Notes under the pieces: model-generated
Database searches by the model: none
Told to the model about the DNA's origin: nothing
What the model saw: the letters and a program-made list of their open reading frames with translations, nothing else
NCBI GenBank assembly: GCA_963778725.1
Contig: CAVZVL010000013.1
Coordinates: 17,833-81,832, forward strand
DNA: 64,000 nucleotides
From: an uncultured Gaiellaceae bacterium
GTDB lineage: Bacteria; Actinomycetota; Thermoleophilia; Gaiellales; Gaiellaceae
Direction: 5' to 3'
Position numbers and translations under genes: made by a program
In this document: in pieces, positions 30,181 through 39,179 of the stretch
Layout: each line of letters begins with the position of its first letter
Numbering within the stretch: position 1 is the first letter of the stretch

Positions 30181-31185
30181 AGCGCGATCTCGGCGAGGGC
30201 TCGCAGCGCTTCGGGCTGCTGCGTCGAGACGAGCAAGCGAGGTCGCGCCGGACTCGCGCCACGCGTCGAGGCGCTCGGCGAGCCGCTCCTTCGGCCCGAC
30301 GAGCGCGACCTCGTCGACGAACGCGTCCGGCACCGCGGCCGCCGCGTCGCGCTTGTGCCCGTCGAGGTAGAGATCCTGGATCTCGCGCGCCGCGTCCTCG
30401 TAGCCGTAGCGGCAGGCGAGGTCGTTGTAGAAGTTCTTGCCGCGCGCGCCCATGCCGCCGATGTACAGCGCGTAGTACGGCTTCAGGAACTCGCGGCCGG
30501 CTTCGACGTCGTCGATGAGGATCACCGGCGCCGTCGCGGCGATGTCGAAGCCCTCGCGCGCGTCCGCGATCACGTCGCCGAACGCGCCGCGCGCCTTCTC
30601 GGGCGACCAGAAGATCGGAAGCCAGCCGTCGGCGATCTCGAACGCCTGCGCGACGGCCTTCGGCCCCATCACCGCGAGGTAGATCGGGATGTCCGCGCGC
30701 AAGCGGGCGCGCCATGAGCTTGAGCGGCTTGCCGAGGCCGGTGCCGTTCGAGAGCGGGATGTCGTAGTGCGTGCCGTGGTGCTCGAGCAGCTCGCGGCGG
30801 AGCGCCGTGCGCACGATCTCGACGTACTCGCGCGTCTTCTCGAGCGGCTTGCCCCACGGCTCGCCGTGCCAGCCCTCGACGACCTGCGGCCCGGACGTGC
30901 CGAGGCCGAGGAGGAAGCGACCGTCCGAGAGCAGATCGAGCGTCGCCGCGGTCATCGCCGTGTTCGACGGCGTCCGGCCGGGGATCTGCATGATCGCCGA
31001 CGCCGAGCTTGATCCGCTCGGTCGTCGCGCCGAGCCACGAGAGGACGGTCACGCAGTCGGTGCCCCACGCCTCGGCGGCCCACGCGGAGTCGTAGCCGAG
31101 CCTCTCGGCCTCCTGCGCCATGGCGATCGGCTCGAGCGGGCTCGTGCCCGGCGGCGCGTAGCCCATGTAGAAGCCGAGGCCGCAT
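30177..31185 (-). pseudogene. Luciferase-like (LLM class) F420-dependent oxidoreductase; at least 4 frame shifts
   Basis: Blocks in three frames are: [58 protein letters not shown]; [50 protein letters not shown]; and [48 protein letters not shown]. The start at 31185 is inferred. Confidence 0.75.
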
Positions 31186-31205
31186 GCCGATGCGATGCTA
31201 ACGGC

Positions 31206-32421
31206 ATGACCGTCGCCGATCTGCGCCCGACCGACGAGGTGCTCGAGCTTCGCGCGCGCTAGCGCGCCTTCATGGAGGAGCACGTCTATCCCAACGAGCG
31301 CGTGCTGGACCGCGAGGACGACGACGCGGACGCGCTCGTCGCGCGGCTGCGCGGAGCGCGCGAAGGAGCAGGGACTGTGGGCGCCGCACATGCCGCCGGA
31401 GGCGGGCGGCTCGAGCGGGAGCTTCCTCGTCTACGCGCACCTGAACGAGGAGATCGGGCGCTCGATCTGGGGGCAGCTGGTGTTCGGATGCCAGGCGCCC
31501 GACGCGGGGAACGGCGAGATCCTGTGGCATGTTCGGGACGGAGGAGCAGAAGGAGCGTTGGCTGCGGCCGCTCGTCGCCGGCGAGGTGCGCTCGTTCTTC
31601 TCGATGACCGAGCCCGACGTGCCGGGCTCCGATCCGACGACGCTGCGGACGCGCGCGGTGCGCGACGGCGACGAGTGGGTGATCGACGGCCACAAGTGGT
31701 TCTCGTCGGGCGCCGAGGGGGCCGCCTTCGGGATCGTCATGGCCGTCACCGACCCGGACGCGGAGCCGCACCGCCGCGCGACGCCAGATCATCGTCGCCG
31801 GCCGACACGCCGGGAGTGGAGATCGTCCGCGCGGTCCCGACGATGGGTCACCGCGGCCGAGGCTGGACGACGCACTGCGAGGTGCGCTACACGGGCGTGC
31901 GCGTCCCGGTCGAGAACACGCTCGGCGAGGAGGGGGACGGCTTCCGCATCGCGCAGAAGCGGCTCGGCCCGGGCCGCATCCACCACGTCATGCGCTGGCT
32001 CGGCCAGATGCAGCGCGCGTTCGAGCTCATGTGCTCGTACGCGCTCGAGCGAGAGTCGTTCGGCGGCCCGCTCGCCGAGAAGCAGACGGTCCAGAACTGG
32101 ATCGCCGACTCGGCTGCCGAGATCCAGGCGTGCCGCCTGATGACGCTCGACGCCGCGCACAAGATCGACCAGGGTGACGAGGCGCGCGTCGAGGTGTCGG
32201 TGATCAAGTTCTACGCGGCGCGCGTCCTCCACGACGTGATCGACCGCGCGGTGCAGGTGCACGGCGCGCGTGGGCTCACCGACGAGACGCCGCTGGCCGG
32301 GATGCTCGCGATGGCGCGCGGCGCGCGGATCTACGACGGCCCGGACGAGGTGCACCGCATGGTCGTCGCGCGGCGGATCCTCAAGTCGTTCGCCGCCGGC
32401 GAGCCCTGGCGGTTCGAGTAG
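31206..32421 (+). pseudogene. Acyl-CoA dehydrogenase family protein (FadE2/ACAD10-11/LvaC-like tail IYDGPDEVH); in-frame TAG at 31260-31262 plus several frame shifts
   Basis: MTVADLRPTDEVLELRAR-TAG-RAFMEEHVYPNERVL lies in one frame. Later blocks sit in other frames: GLWAPHMPPEAGG; LNEEIGRSIWGQLVFGCQAPDAGNGEIL; GTEEQKERWLRPLVAGEVRSFFSMTEPDVPGSDPT; and the intact C-terminal 200 aa ...GARIYDGPDEVHRMVVARRILK. Confidence 0.8.
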
Positions 32422-32448
32422 GGCGGCTTTGGAGCGAGCTCTCCGGGC

Positions 32449-33098
32449 TCAGCGTGGCCCGGGAACGCCCTTGAACTCGTAGTGGAGCGGCTCCCGGCCG
32501 GGCTGGACGATCCAGGCCTCGCCGGTGCCTTCGCTCTTGTACGCGGCCCACACACCTTCCGCGACTGCTTCGGGCGATAGCAGGCGGAAGCCTCGCTCCT
32601 GGAGCTCTTGGCGGAATCCGTTCGTGGTCAGCGGCGTGTCGGCCCATCCGGGGCAGACCGCCTGGATGCGGATTCCGCGCTCCGAGAGCTGCTCGGCGAC
32701 GAGCGCACGAAGCCGACGACCGCGTGCTTCGTGAGGCCGTAGATCGGGTCGTCCGCGATCGCAGTCAGGCCTGCGAGCGACGCGGTGACGACGATCGTGC
32801 TCCCTCTCGGCATGACGCGATCGAGACGGCGCACCCCGTAGACGACGCCGTCGACGTTGACGCCGACCGCGCGCCGGTACTGCTCGTCGGTCAGAGCCGC
32901 GATCTCCGACTCGCCGGTGATGATCCCCGCGTTCAGGCACGCGAGGTCTACCGAGCCGACGTGCTCCCACGCCTCCGGGTCGGTCACGTCGAAGCCGTTG
33001 ACGAGATCGAGCTCCTGGACGTCGAAGCCCTCCGCGCGCAGCTTCCTCACGATCGCACTGCCGATTCCTCCGGCGGACCCTGTCACGAGAGCGGTCAC
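32449..33098 (-). pseudogene. Short-chain dehydrogenase/reductase (SDR); one frame shift near 32700 (behaves as a 1-nt deletion)
   Basis: GTG at 33098 overlaps the upstream stop (GTGA). Motifs are the Rossmann TGSAGGIGSAI and the catalytic YGLTKHAV (YxxxK), followed by LVAEQLSERGIRIQAVCPGWADTPL in the frame of ORF 32449..32970. Confidence 0.8.
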
Positions 33099-34012
33099 GG
33101 GACGAGGATCACCTTCCCGGTCGTCTTGCGCTCCTCGACGAGCCGGTGTGCTTCCCCGGCCTGCTCGAGCGGAAACTCCGAACCCACGATCGGCTTCACG
33201 GCGCCAGCTTCCCAGAGGCGCAGGACGTCCTGTGCGGCACGGGACACGAGGTCGGGATTCCGGCCGACGAGCCTGCCGAGGTAGAAGCCGTGCACGCCGA
33301 TGTTCCGGCCGACGAGCCAGGCCGGGTTCACCTCCTTCCACATCCCTCCCGCGTAGCCGACGGCGATCGCCGTGCCCATCGGCTTCAGGAGGGAGAGCGA
33401 TGCCTGGAAGAGCTCACCGCCGACGAGATCGAAGACGACGTCGACCGGGTCGAGCTCCGCCATCTGCTCGTACGTGACCGCCTCGACCGCGCCAAGTGAC
33501 CGGGCGAGGTCGAGCTTCTGCTCGCTGCCGACCGCGGCAATCGGAGCGCCGTTCAGCGTCTTGACGACCTGAACAGCGGCGGTGCCTACCGCACCCGCTG
33601 CGGCGGTGATGAGGACGCGCGCGCCGAACGCGATCCGCACGAGCTCCGTGAGCGGGATCCAGGCGGTGAGGAAAGCCATCGGGAACGCGGCGCCCTCGGC
33701 GAAGCTCGCGGACGCGGGAAGTGGCAGGAGCCAGCGCCGGTCGACTGCAACACGCTCGGCGTAGCCGCCTCCGCTCGCGACGAAACCGACGACCCGCGCA
33801 CCGTCAAGCTCGCCCGCGACCTCTGCGCCGAGGACGGCAGGCAGCTCCGGCGGCTGCGGATACACGCCGAGCCGGATCAGGACGTCGGCGAAGTTGACTC
33901 CCGCTGCGCGGACGTCGACGACGGCCTGGCCCTCGGCCGCCTCGGGCTCGGGCACCTCCTCGACGACGAGCTGCTCCGGCCCGCCGACCCCTTTCAGCAC
34001 TGCTGCCCGCAC
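33095..34012 (-). CDS. NADPH:quinone oxidoreductase / medium-chain (zinc-type) dehydrogenase family
   Basis: Intact from GTG at 34012. Blocks are VRAAVLKGVGGPEQLVVEEVPEPEA, AAGVNFADVLIRLGVYP and ITAAAGAVGTAAVQ. The start overlaps the upstream stop by 1 nt. Confidence 0.85.
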   Translation of the reverse strand: MRAAVLKGVGGPEQLVVEEVPEPEAAEGQAVVDVRAAGVNFADVLIRLGVYPQPPELPAVLGAEVAGELDGARVVGFVASGGGYAERVAVDRRWLLPLPASASFAEGAAFPMAFLTAWIPLTELVRIAFGARVLITAAAGAVGTAAVQVVKTLNGAPIAAVGSEQKLDLARSLGAVEAVTYEQMAELDPVDVVFDLVGGELFQASLSLLKPMGTAIAVGYAGGMWKEVNPAWLVGRNIGVHGFYLGRLVGRNPDLVSRAAQDVLRLWEAGAVKPIVGSEFPLEQAGEAHRLVEERKTTGKVILVP

Positions 34013-34800
34013 TAGCGACCGACGAAGTTTGGCTGGCGCTTCTCGAGGAACGCGGCGACTCCCTCGGCGCCGTCCTCGGACTCGAGGCACCGGCGGAACC
34101 CGTCCGCCTCGCGGCGCAGGCCCTCCTCGAGCGTGAGGTCGCGCGTCGTACGCGTGAGCTCGCGGAGGATCCCGACGGAGACAGGCGAGCGCGCGGCAAT
34201 CGCCCGAGCGATCTCGAGGGCCGTCTCGCGCAAGTCCTCGCGCGGCACGACCTTCTCGACGAGGCCCCATTCGTACGCGGTCCTCGCGTCGATGAAGTCC
34301 CCGGTCAGGTTGAGGAGGAGCGCGCGGCCGATGCCGACGAGGCGCGGAAGGCGCTGCGTCCCGCCGCCGCCCGGGATCAGCCCCAGCTTGATCTCCGGCT
34401 GACCGAGCTGGGCGTCCTCGGAGGCGACGCGGATGTCGCAGCACATCGCGACCTCGAGTCCGCCGCCGAGGCAGAAGCCGTGGATCGCGGCGACGAAGGG
34501 CGTCCTCGCCGCGTCCATGCGGTGGCCGAGCTTCTGGATCCCTCGGGCGGAGCCCGACTCCTGCGCCTCTGTCGTCGCTTCACGAAGGGACGGGAACTCC
34601 GAGATGTCCGCCCCGGCGACGAATGCGCGCTCGCCGGCGCCGACGAGCAGGATCGCGCGCACCGCGTCGTCCCCGTCGAGGCGGTCGACCTCCGCCTCCA
34701 GCTCCTCGAGCAGCGGCGCGGAGAGCGCGTTGACCGGCGGGTGGTCGATCGTGACGACGGCGACGAAGCCGTCCGGCTCCGTCCGTATGAACTCGCCCAC
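34012..34800 (-). CDS. Enoyl-CoA hydratase/isomerase (crotonase family)
   Basis: Intact from GTG at 34800. Blocks are FVAGADISEF, FVAAIHGFCLGGGLEVAMCCDIRVAS and PEIKLGLIPGGGGTQRLPRLVG. Confidence 0.9.
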   Translation of the reverse strand: MGEFIRTEPDGFVAVVTIDHPPVNALSAPLLEELEAEVDRLDGDDAVRAILLVGAGERAFVAGADISEFPSLREATTEAQESGSARGIQKLGHRMDAARTPFVAAIHGFCLGGGLEVAMCCDIRVASEDAQLGQPEIKLGLIPGGGGTQRLPRLVGIGRALLLNLTGDFIDARTAYEWGLVEKVVPREDLRETALEIARAIAARSPVSVGILRELTRTTRDLTLEEGLRREADGFRRCLESEDGAEGVAAFLEKRQPNFVGR

Positions 34801-36419
34801 TACGCAGTCTCCGCCGGCTCGGGCTGGTCCGCGAACTGCTCGCGGAGAGCCGTCTTGCGGAACTTGCCGACGGCCGTCTTCGGGATCTCGTCGACGAACT
34901 CGAATCGGTCCGGCAGCCACCACTTCGCGAAGCTCGGCGCCAGGAAGTCGCGCAGCTCCTCCGGCGAGACGTCCTCACCCTCGCGGACGACGACGACGGC
35001 AAGCGGCCGCTCCGACCACTTCTCGTCCGGAACGGCGATGACCGCAGCCTCGGCGACCGCCGGATGACCCATGAGCGCGTTCTCGAGGGCAACGGTGGAG
35101 ATCCACTCGCCGCCCGACTTCACGAGGTCCTTCGCACGGTCCTGCACCTCGACGATGCCGCCGGGATGGATGGTGACGACGTCCCCCGTCCTGAACCAGC
35201 CGTCGGCCGTCCAGCGGTCGGCTCCTTCGTCGGACTCGAAGTAGGCGGACGCGATCGACGGCCCTCGAACCTCCAGCTCGCCCATCGTCTGTCCGTCCCA
35301 TGGCACGAATCCCTCGGCGCCGCTCGCGCGGATCTCGACGAACGGGATCGGCAGACCTTGCAGTGCGCGCCTCGAGTACGCCTCCTGCGGCGAGAGCCCG
35401 ATCTCCTGCCCGGGGGCTCCCGAGAGCGTGCCGACCGGGCTCATCTCGGTCATGCCCCAGCCGTGCGTGACCTGGAGGCCGTGCCGCTCGGAGAAGGCCT
35501 CGATCATCGCGCGAGGAGGCGCCGCGCCGCCGACGGTCATCATGCGAAGAGACGAGAGATCCCACCTTCCCGGGGTCGCGTCGAGAGCCTGGAGGATCCC
35601 CATCCAGATCGTCGGGACGCCTGCGGTGACCGTGACCTCCTGCTCCGCGAGGCCGTCGAGCAGCGTCTCGGGATCCATGTGCGGCCCGGGAAAGACCTGC
35701 TTGACGCCGATCATCGTCGAGGAGAAGGGGAAGCACCACGCGTTCGCGTGGAACATCGGGACGACCGGGAGGGAGACGTCGCCCGCGTTGATGCCGAGGG
35801 CAGCGTTTACGGTCAGCGCGTGAACCGCGATCGCGCGATGCGAGTAGAGGACGCCCTTCGGGCGGCCGGTGGTGCCGCTCGTGTAGCACATCGCGGCAGC
35901 CGAATTCTCCGGGAGATCCCGGTAGGAGAACGCGGACTCGTCGGCGTCTGCGAGGAGCTCCTCATAGTCGATCGTCCCGTCGGGAGTCGGGCCGGCGCCG
36001 GCCGCGATCACGTGCTCGAACGCGCAGCGGGAGACGAACTGCTCGGCGAGCGGCCATAGCACCTTGTCCACGAGGAGCACGCGGTCGCCGCCGTGCGTCG
36101 CGATGTAGACGTTGTCGTCCGGATGCAGGCGGAGGTTCAGCGTGTGCGTGACGAAGCCGCCGGCGGGCGCGCCCACGTAGGCCTCGAGGTGGTTCGAGTG
36201 GTTCCACATGAACGTGCCGACGCGGTCGCCGTCCTCGAGTCCGAGCGTGCGGAGCGCGACGACGAGCCGCTTCGTGCGCGCGACGAAGTCCGCATACGTG
36301 TAGGTGTGCCAGCTCTTGTCGGGGAGGCGGCTCGAGATCTCACTGTCCCCGTACAGCTCGTCGGCTCGGCGGAGGATCGCCGAGACGCTGAGCTGGTAGT
36401 CCATCATCAGGCCGTCCAC
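34800..36419 (-). CDS. Long/medium-chain fatty-acid--CoA ligase (AMP-dependent synthetase)
   Basis: Intact 539-aa ORF with the AMP-binding motif YTSGTTGRPKGVLYSH, plus GWGMTE, GWFRTGDV and ISTVALEN. Confidence 0.9.
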   Translation of the reverse strand: MDGLMMDYQLSVSAILRRADELYGDSEISSRLPDKSWHTYTYADFVARTKRLVVALRTLGLEDGDRVGTFMWNHSNHLEAYVGAPAGGFVTHTLNLRLHPDDNVYIATHGGDRVLLVDKVLWPLAEQFVSRCAFEHVIAAGAGPTPDGTIDYEELLADADESAFSYRDLPENSAAAMCYTSGTTGRPKGVLYSHRAIAVHALTVNAALGINAGDVSLPVVPMFHANAWCFPFSSTMIGVKQVFPGPHMDPETLLDGLAEQEVTVTAGVPTIWMGILQALDATPGRWDLSSLRMMTVGGAAPPRAMIEAFSERHGLQVTHGWGMTEMSPVGTLSGAPGQEIGLSPQEAYSRRALQGLPIPFVEIRASGAEGFVPWDGQTMGELEVRGPSIASAYFESDEGADRWTADGWFRTGDVVTIHPGGIVEVQDRAKDLVKSGGEWISTVALENALMGHPAVAEAAVIAVPDEKWSERPLAVVVVREGEDVSPEELRDFLAPSFAKWWLPDRFEFVDEIPKTAVGKFRKTALREQFADQPEPAETA

Positions 36420-36420
36420 T

Positions 36421-37392
36421 TCACTCTCCTTGCACGATCGCCACGGGTGTCGGGCTCGCGTCGCGTGCGGGCTCGTTGTTCAGGAGGGCAGCGGCGATCT
36501 CGGCGCGGAGGCGCGTGCCGGACGCGCCGAAGCTCTCGATGCCGAGGGCACGCTTGTACAGCCGTTGCAGGCGGTGCTCCCACGTGAAGCCGATGCCGCC
36601 GAGCGACTGGATCGCCTGTTCGCAGACCCGGACGGCGCTCTCGCCTGCGTACGCCTTCGCGGCCGAGGCCGCGATCGAAGCCTGCGCGTCCCCGGTCGAA
36701 ACGCACCAGGCGGCCCACAGGGCCAGCGAGCGCGAGAGCTCGACCCGCGTGTAGGCGTCCGCGAGCGGATGCGAGATCGCCTGGTACACGCCGATCTTCT
36801 TCCCGAACTGCTCGCGCGACGACGCGTACTCGATCGCGTCCTCCAGCGCGAGCCGCGCGACACCGCACGCCTCGAGCGCTAGCGCGGCCTGTGACCGGGC
36901 CTCGATCTCGGCGAGGACCGTCGAGTCGGCGAGTCGCCTTCCCGCCTCGCCGCCGCGGACGACGCCGAGCGTGCGCGACTCGTCGGTCGTCGCGAGCACC
37001 TCGCGCTCGGCGCCCTCGAGCTCGTACACGCCGTCGCCGCCGACGATCGCGACGCGGTCGGCAGTGTCCAGGTCCGGGACCAGCGGCCCGAAGGCGAAGG
37101 TCCAGCTTGCCTCGCCGGCCGCGATCTCCGAGCGCAGATCAGGTGGGAGCGCCGGCAGGGTCAGCGCGATCGTCGCGAAGTACGGTCCCTTGTACAGCGC
37201 GCGGCCGAGCTCCTCGAAGATGACAGCCTCCTCGACGAACGAGAGACCCGCGCCGCCCTCGTCCTCGGCGATCGAGACGCCGGTCCAGCCGAGCTCGGCG
37301 AGCTGTGACCAGGTCGGCTGCGGAGTGGCCGCGAGGAACTCTCGCGCCTGCTCACGAAGCGCTTCCTGCTCGGGTGTGAAGGTGAAGTCCAT
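36421..37392 (-). CDS. Acyl-CoA dehydrogenase-fold protein, short (323 aa) non-canonical subunit (beta-type partner of the adjacent ACAD)
   Basis: Intact ORF with the ACAD C-terminal fold (ALEDAIEYASSREQFGKKIGVYQAISHPLADA). The N-terminal/middle domain is truncated, and the catalytic YEGT-type motif is degenerate (ESFGASGT). Confidence 0.75.
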   Translation of the reverse strand: MDFTFTPEQEALREQAREFLAATPQPTWSQLAELGWTGVSIAEDEGGAGLSFVEEAVIFEELGRALYKGPYFATIALTLPALPPDLRSEIAAGEASWTFAFGPLVPDLDTADRVAIVGGDGVYELEGAEREVLATTDESRTLGVVRGGEAGRRLADSTVLAEIEARSQAALALEACGVARLALEDAIEYASSREQFGKKIGVYQAISHPLADAYTRVELSRSLALWAAWCVSTGDAQASIAASAAKAYAGESAVRVCEQAIQSLGGIGFTWEHRLQRLYKRALGIESFGASGTRLRAEIAAALLNNEPARDASPTPVAIVQGE

Positions 37393-37395
37393 TCG

Positions 37396-38556
37396 CTAGC
37401 GGGAATAGGGGAGGCCGAGCACGCGCTCGGCGACGATGTTGCGGAGCACCTCAGATGTGCCTGCCTCGATCGTGTTCCCTCGGCTGCGGAGCTGCTGGTA
37501 CTGCCAGTAGCCGCCGTACGGCGCGTTCTCCTCACCGAGCGCGGCGTCGGGGCCGAGCAGCTCGAGGGCGAGCTTGGTCACGCGTTGGTTCGCCTCCGAC
37601 CAGACGAGCTTCGAGATCGACCCCTCGGGACCGGGCATTCCCGTCTTCATGAGCGCCGAAAGGGAGCGGTAGTTCGTGTAGCGCAGCGCCTGCATCTCGA
37701 TCCACTCGCGGGCGATCCGGTCGCGCTGGAGCTGGTCGGCGCCGCGGTCGCGCGCGAGCGCGACGAGCTTGCGGATCTGCACCTCGAGCGTCGCCTGCAG
37801 CGCGAACCCCAGGGTGCCGCGCTCGTGGAGCAGCGTTGTCATCGCCACCTGCCAACCGCCGCCGACGTCGCCGAGCACGTTCTCGATCGGCACCTGCACG
37901 TCCGTGAAGAAGATCTCGTTGAACTCGGACTCGCCCGTGATTTGCCGGAGCGGGCGCACCTCCACGCCCGGCGCGTGCATGTCGACGATCAGGTACGTGA
38001 GGCCCGCGTGGCGGGTCGAGTCCGGGTCGGAGCGCGTGAGGAGGATGCAGAAGTCCGCGATGTGCGCGAACGACGACCAGACCTTCTGACCGTTCACGAC
38101 GAAGTGCCCGTCGCCGAGGCGCGAGCTGGTCCGCACGCCGGCGAGATCGGACCCGGCCCCGGGCTCCGAGAAGCCCTGGCACCAGATCTCCTTTGCGGAG
38201 AGGAGCGGCGAGAGGTAGCGCGCCTTCTGCTGCTCCGTTCCGTGGGCGATGATCGTCGGCCCGGCCATCCCGATGCCGATGACTCCGACATGCGGCGGCG
38301 CCTCCGCGCGCGCCATCTCCTCGAGGAAGATCGCCTGGTGCGTGTACGGCGCTCCGCCGCCGCCGTACTCCTCGGGCCAGGTCAGGCCGACGTATCCGGC
38401 CTCGTGGAGCGCCCGGCTCCACTCGCGCATCTCGGCGCCTTCGAAGCGCGTCGCGCCGCCGCGGTGGCCCTGCAATCCGTCCGGGAGATGCTCCTCGAGC
38501 CACGCTCGCAGGTCGGCTCTGAACGCGGCCTCCTCGGGCGTGTCGCGCAGATCCAT
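37396..38556 (-). CDS. Acyl-CoA dehydrogenase (alpha-type subunit)
   Basis: ORF 37396..38625; the probable start is MDLRDTPEEAAFRADLRAWLEEHLP at 38556. Blocks are CQGFSEPGAGSDLAG, GQKVWSSFAH and TIEAGTSEVLRNIVAERVLGLP. The stop is 3 nt from the start of the next ACAD-fold gene. Confidence 0.85.
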   Translation of the reverse strand: MDLRDTPEEAAFRADLRAWLEEHLPDGLQGHRGGATRFEGAEMREWSRALHEAGYVGLTWPEEYGGGGAPYTHQAIFLEEMARAEAPPHVGVIGIGMAGPTIIAHGTEQQKARYLSPLLSAKEIWCQGFSEPGAGSDLAGVRTSSRLGDGHFVVNGQKVWSSFAHIADFCILLTRSDPDSTRHAGLTYLIVDMHAPGVEVRPLRQITGESEFNEIFFTDVQVPIENVLGDVGGGWQVAMTTLLHERGTLGFALQATLEVQIRKLVALARDRGADQLQRDRIAREWIEMQALRYTNYRSLSALMKTGMPGPEGSISKLVWSEANQRVTKLALELLGPDAALGEENAPYGGYWQYQQLRSRGNTIEAGTSEVLRNIVAERVLGLPYSR

Positions 38557-38723
38557 CGGAGGCGATCCTAGTCCCTCTCCGGTCGAAGTGGCATCCCGCG
38601 GACGCGCTCGTGCCTCGTTCGCCAAACCGTCACCACGTCTTACAAACCCCTTACGGGGTCATCAGGTACGCCTTAAGGCGAGTCGCAACGGTAGAGGATG
38701 ACCGGAGGGGGGTACCTACGAAA

Positions 38724-39179
38724 GTGCCGTTGGAACCAGGTGCTCAGCGGGTGAGACGTGGCTCGATCCTGGCCCTCGTGCTCGTGTGCGCCGTCCTCGC
38801 AGCGCTCGTGGGGCCGGGGGTCGGGAGTGCCGGCCGGCCGGCGTGCGCCGAGGCGGTCCTCGACGACTGGACCCGTGGCACGCTCGATTCCCACTACTCG
38901 CCGGAGTGCTACCAGGCTGCGATCGACGCGCTGCCCGAGGATCTGCGGGCGTACACGACGGCCGCCGACGACATCAGGCGGGCGGCCATCGCCGCGACGC
39001 GCGCCGTCAACGCCTCCGCCGCAGGAGGCGAGCCGTCCTCGCGCGCCGTCGCGAGCGAGGCACCCGACGACGCGCTTCGTGCGTTCCCGGCCGAGGTCGC
39101 GGTGCTCGGCGTGCTCCTGATCCTGCTCGTCTCGGGCGGCACGGCGGCGGCGCTCCTCCGCTGGAGGCGAGGCCGGTGA
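38724..39179 (+). CDS. Hypothetical exported protein with N-terminal signal/TM and C-terminal TM anchor
   Basis: ORF 38610..39179. The hydrophobic N-segment is SILALVLVCAVLAALVG and the C-terminal helix is VAVLGVLLILLVSGGTAAALL followed by RWRRGR. The start is uncertain (GTG 38724 after GGAGGGGGG, or GTG 38751). Its stop overlaps the next gene's start (GTGA). Confidence 0.4.
   Translation: MPLEPGAQRVRRGSILALVLVCAVLAALVGPGVGSAGRPACAEAVLDDWTRGTLDSHYSPECYQAAIDALPEDLRAYTTAADDIRRAAIAATRAVNASAAGGEPSSRAVASEAPDDALRAFPAEVAVLGVLLILLVSGGTAAALLRWRRGR

Noticed and set aside
31260-31262. The in-frame TAG in the ACAD gene, read as programmed recoding (pyrrolysine or read-through).
   Set aside because: No pyl genes or a PYLIS-like context are present. 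The window shows many other sequence-level lesions, so error, a plain nonsense mutation or an alternative start is more parsimonious.
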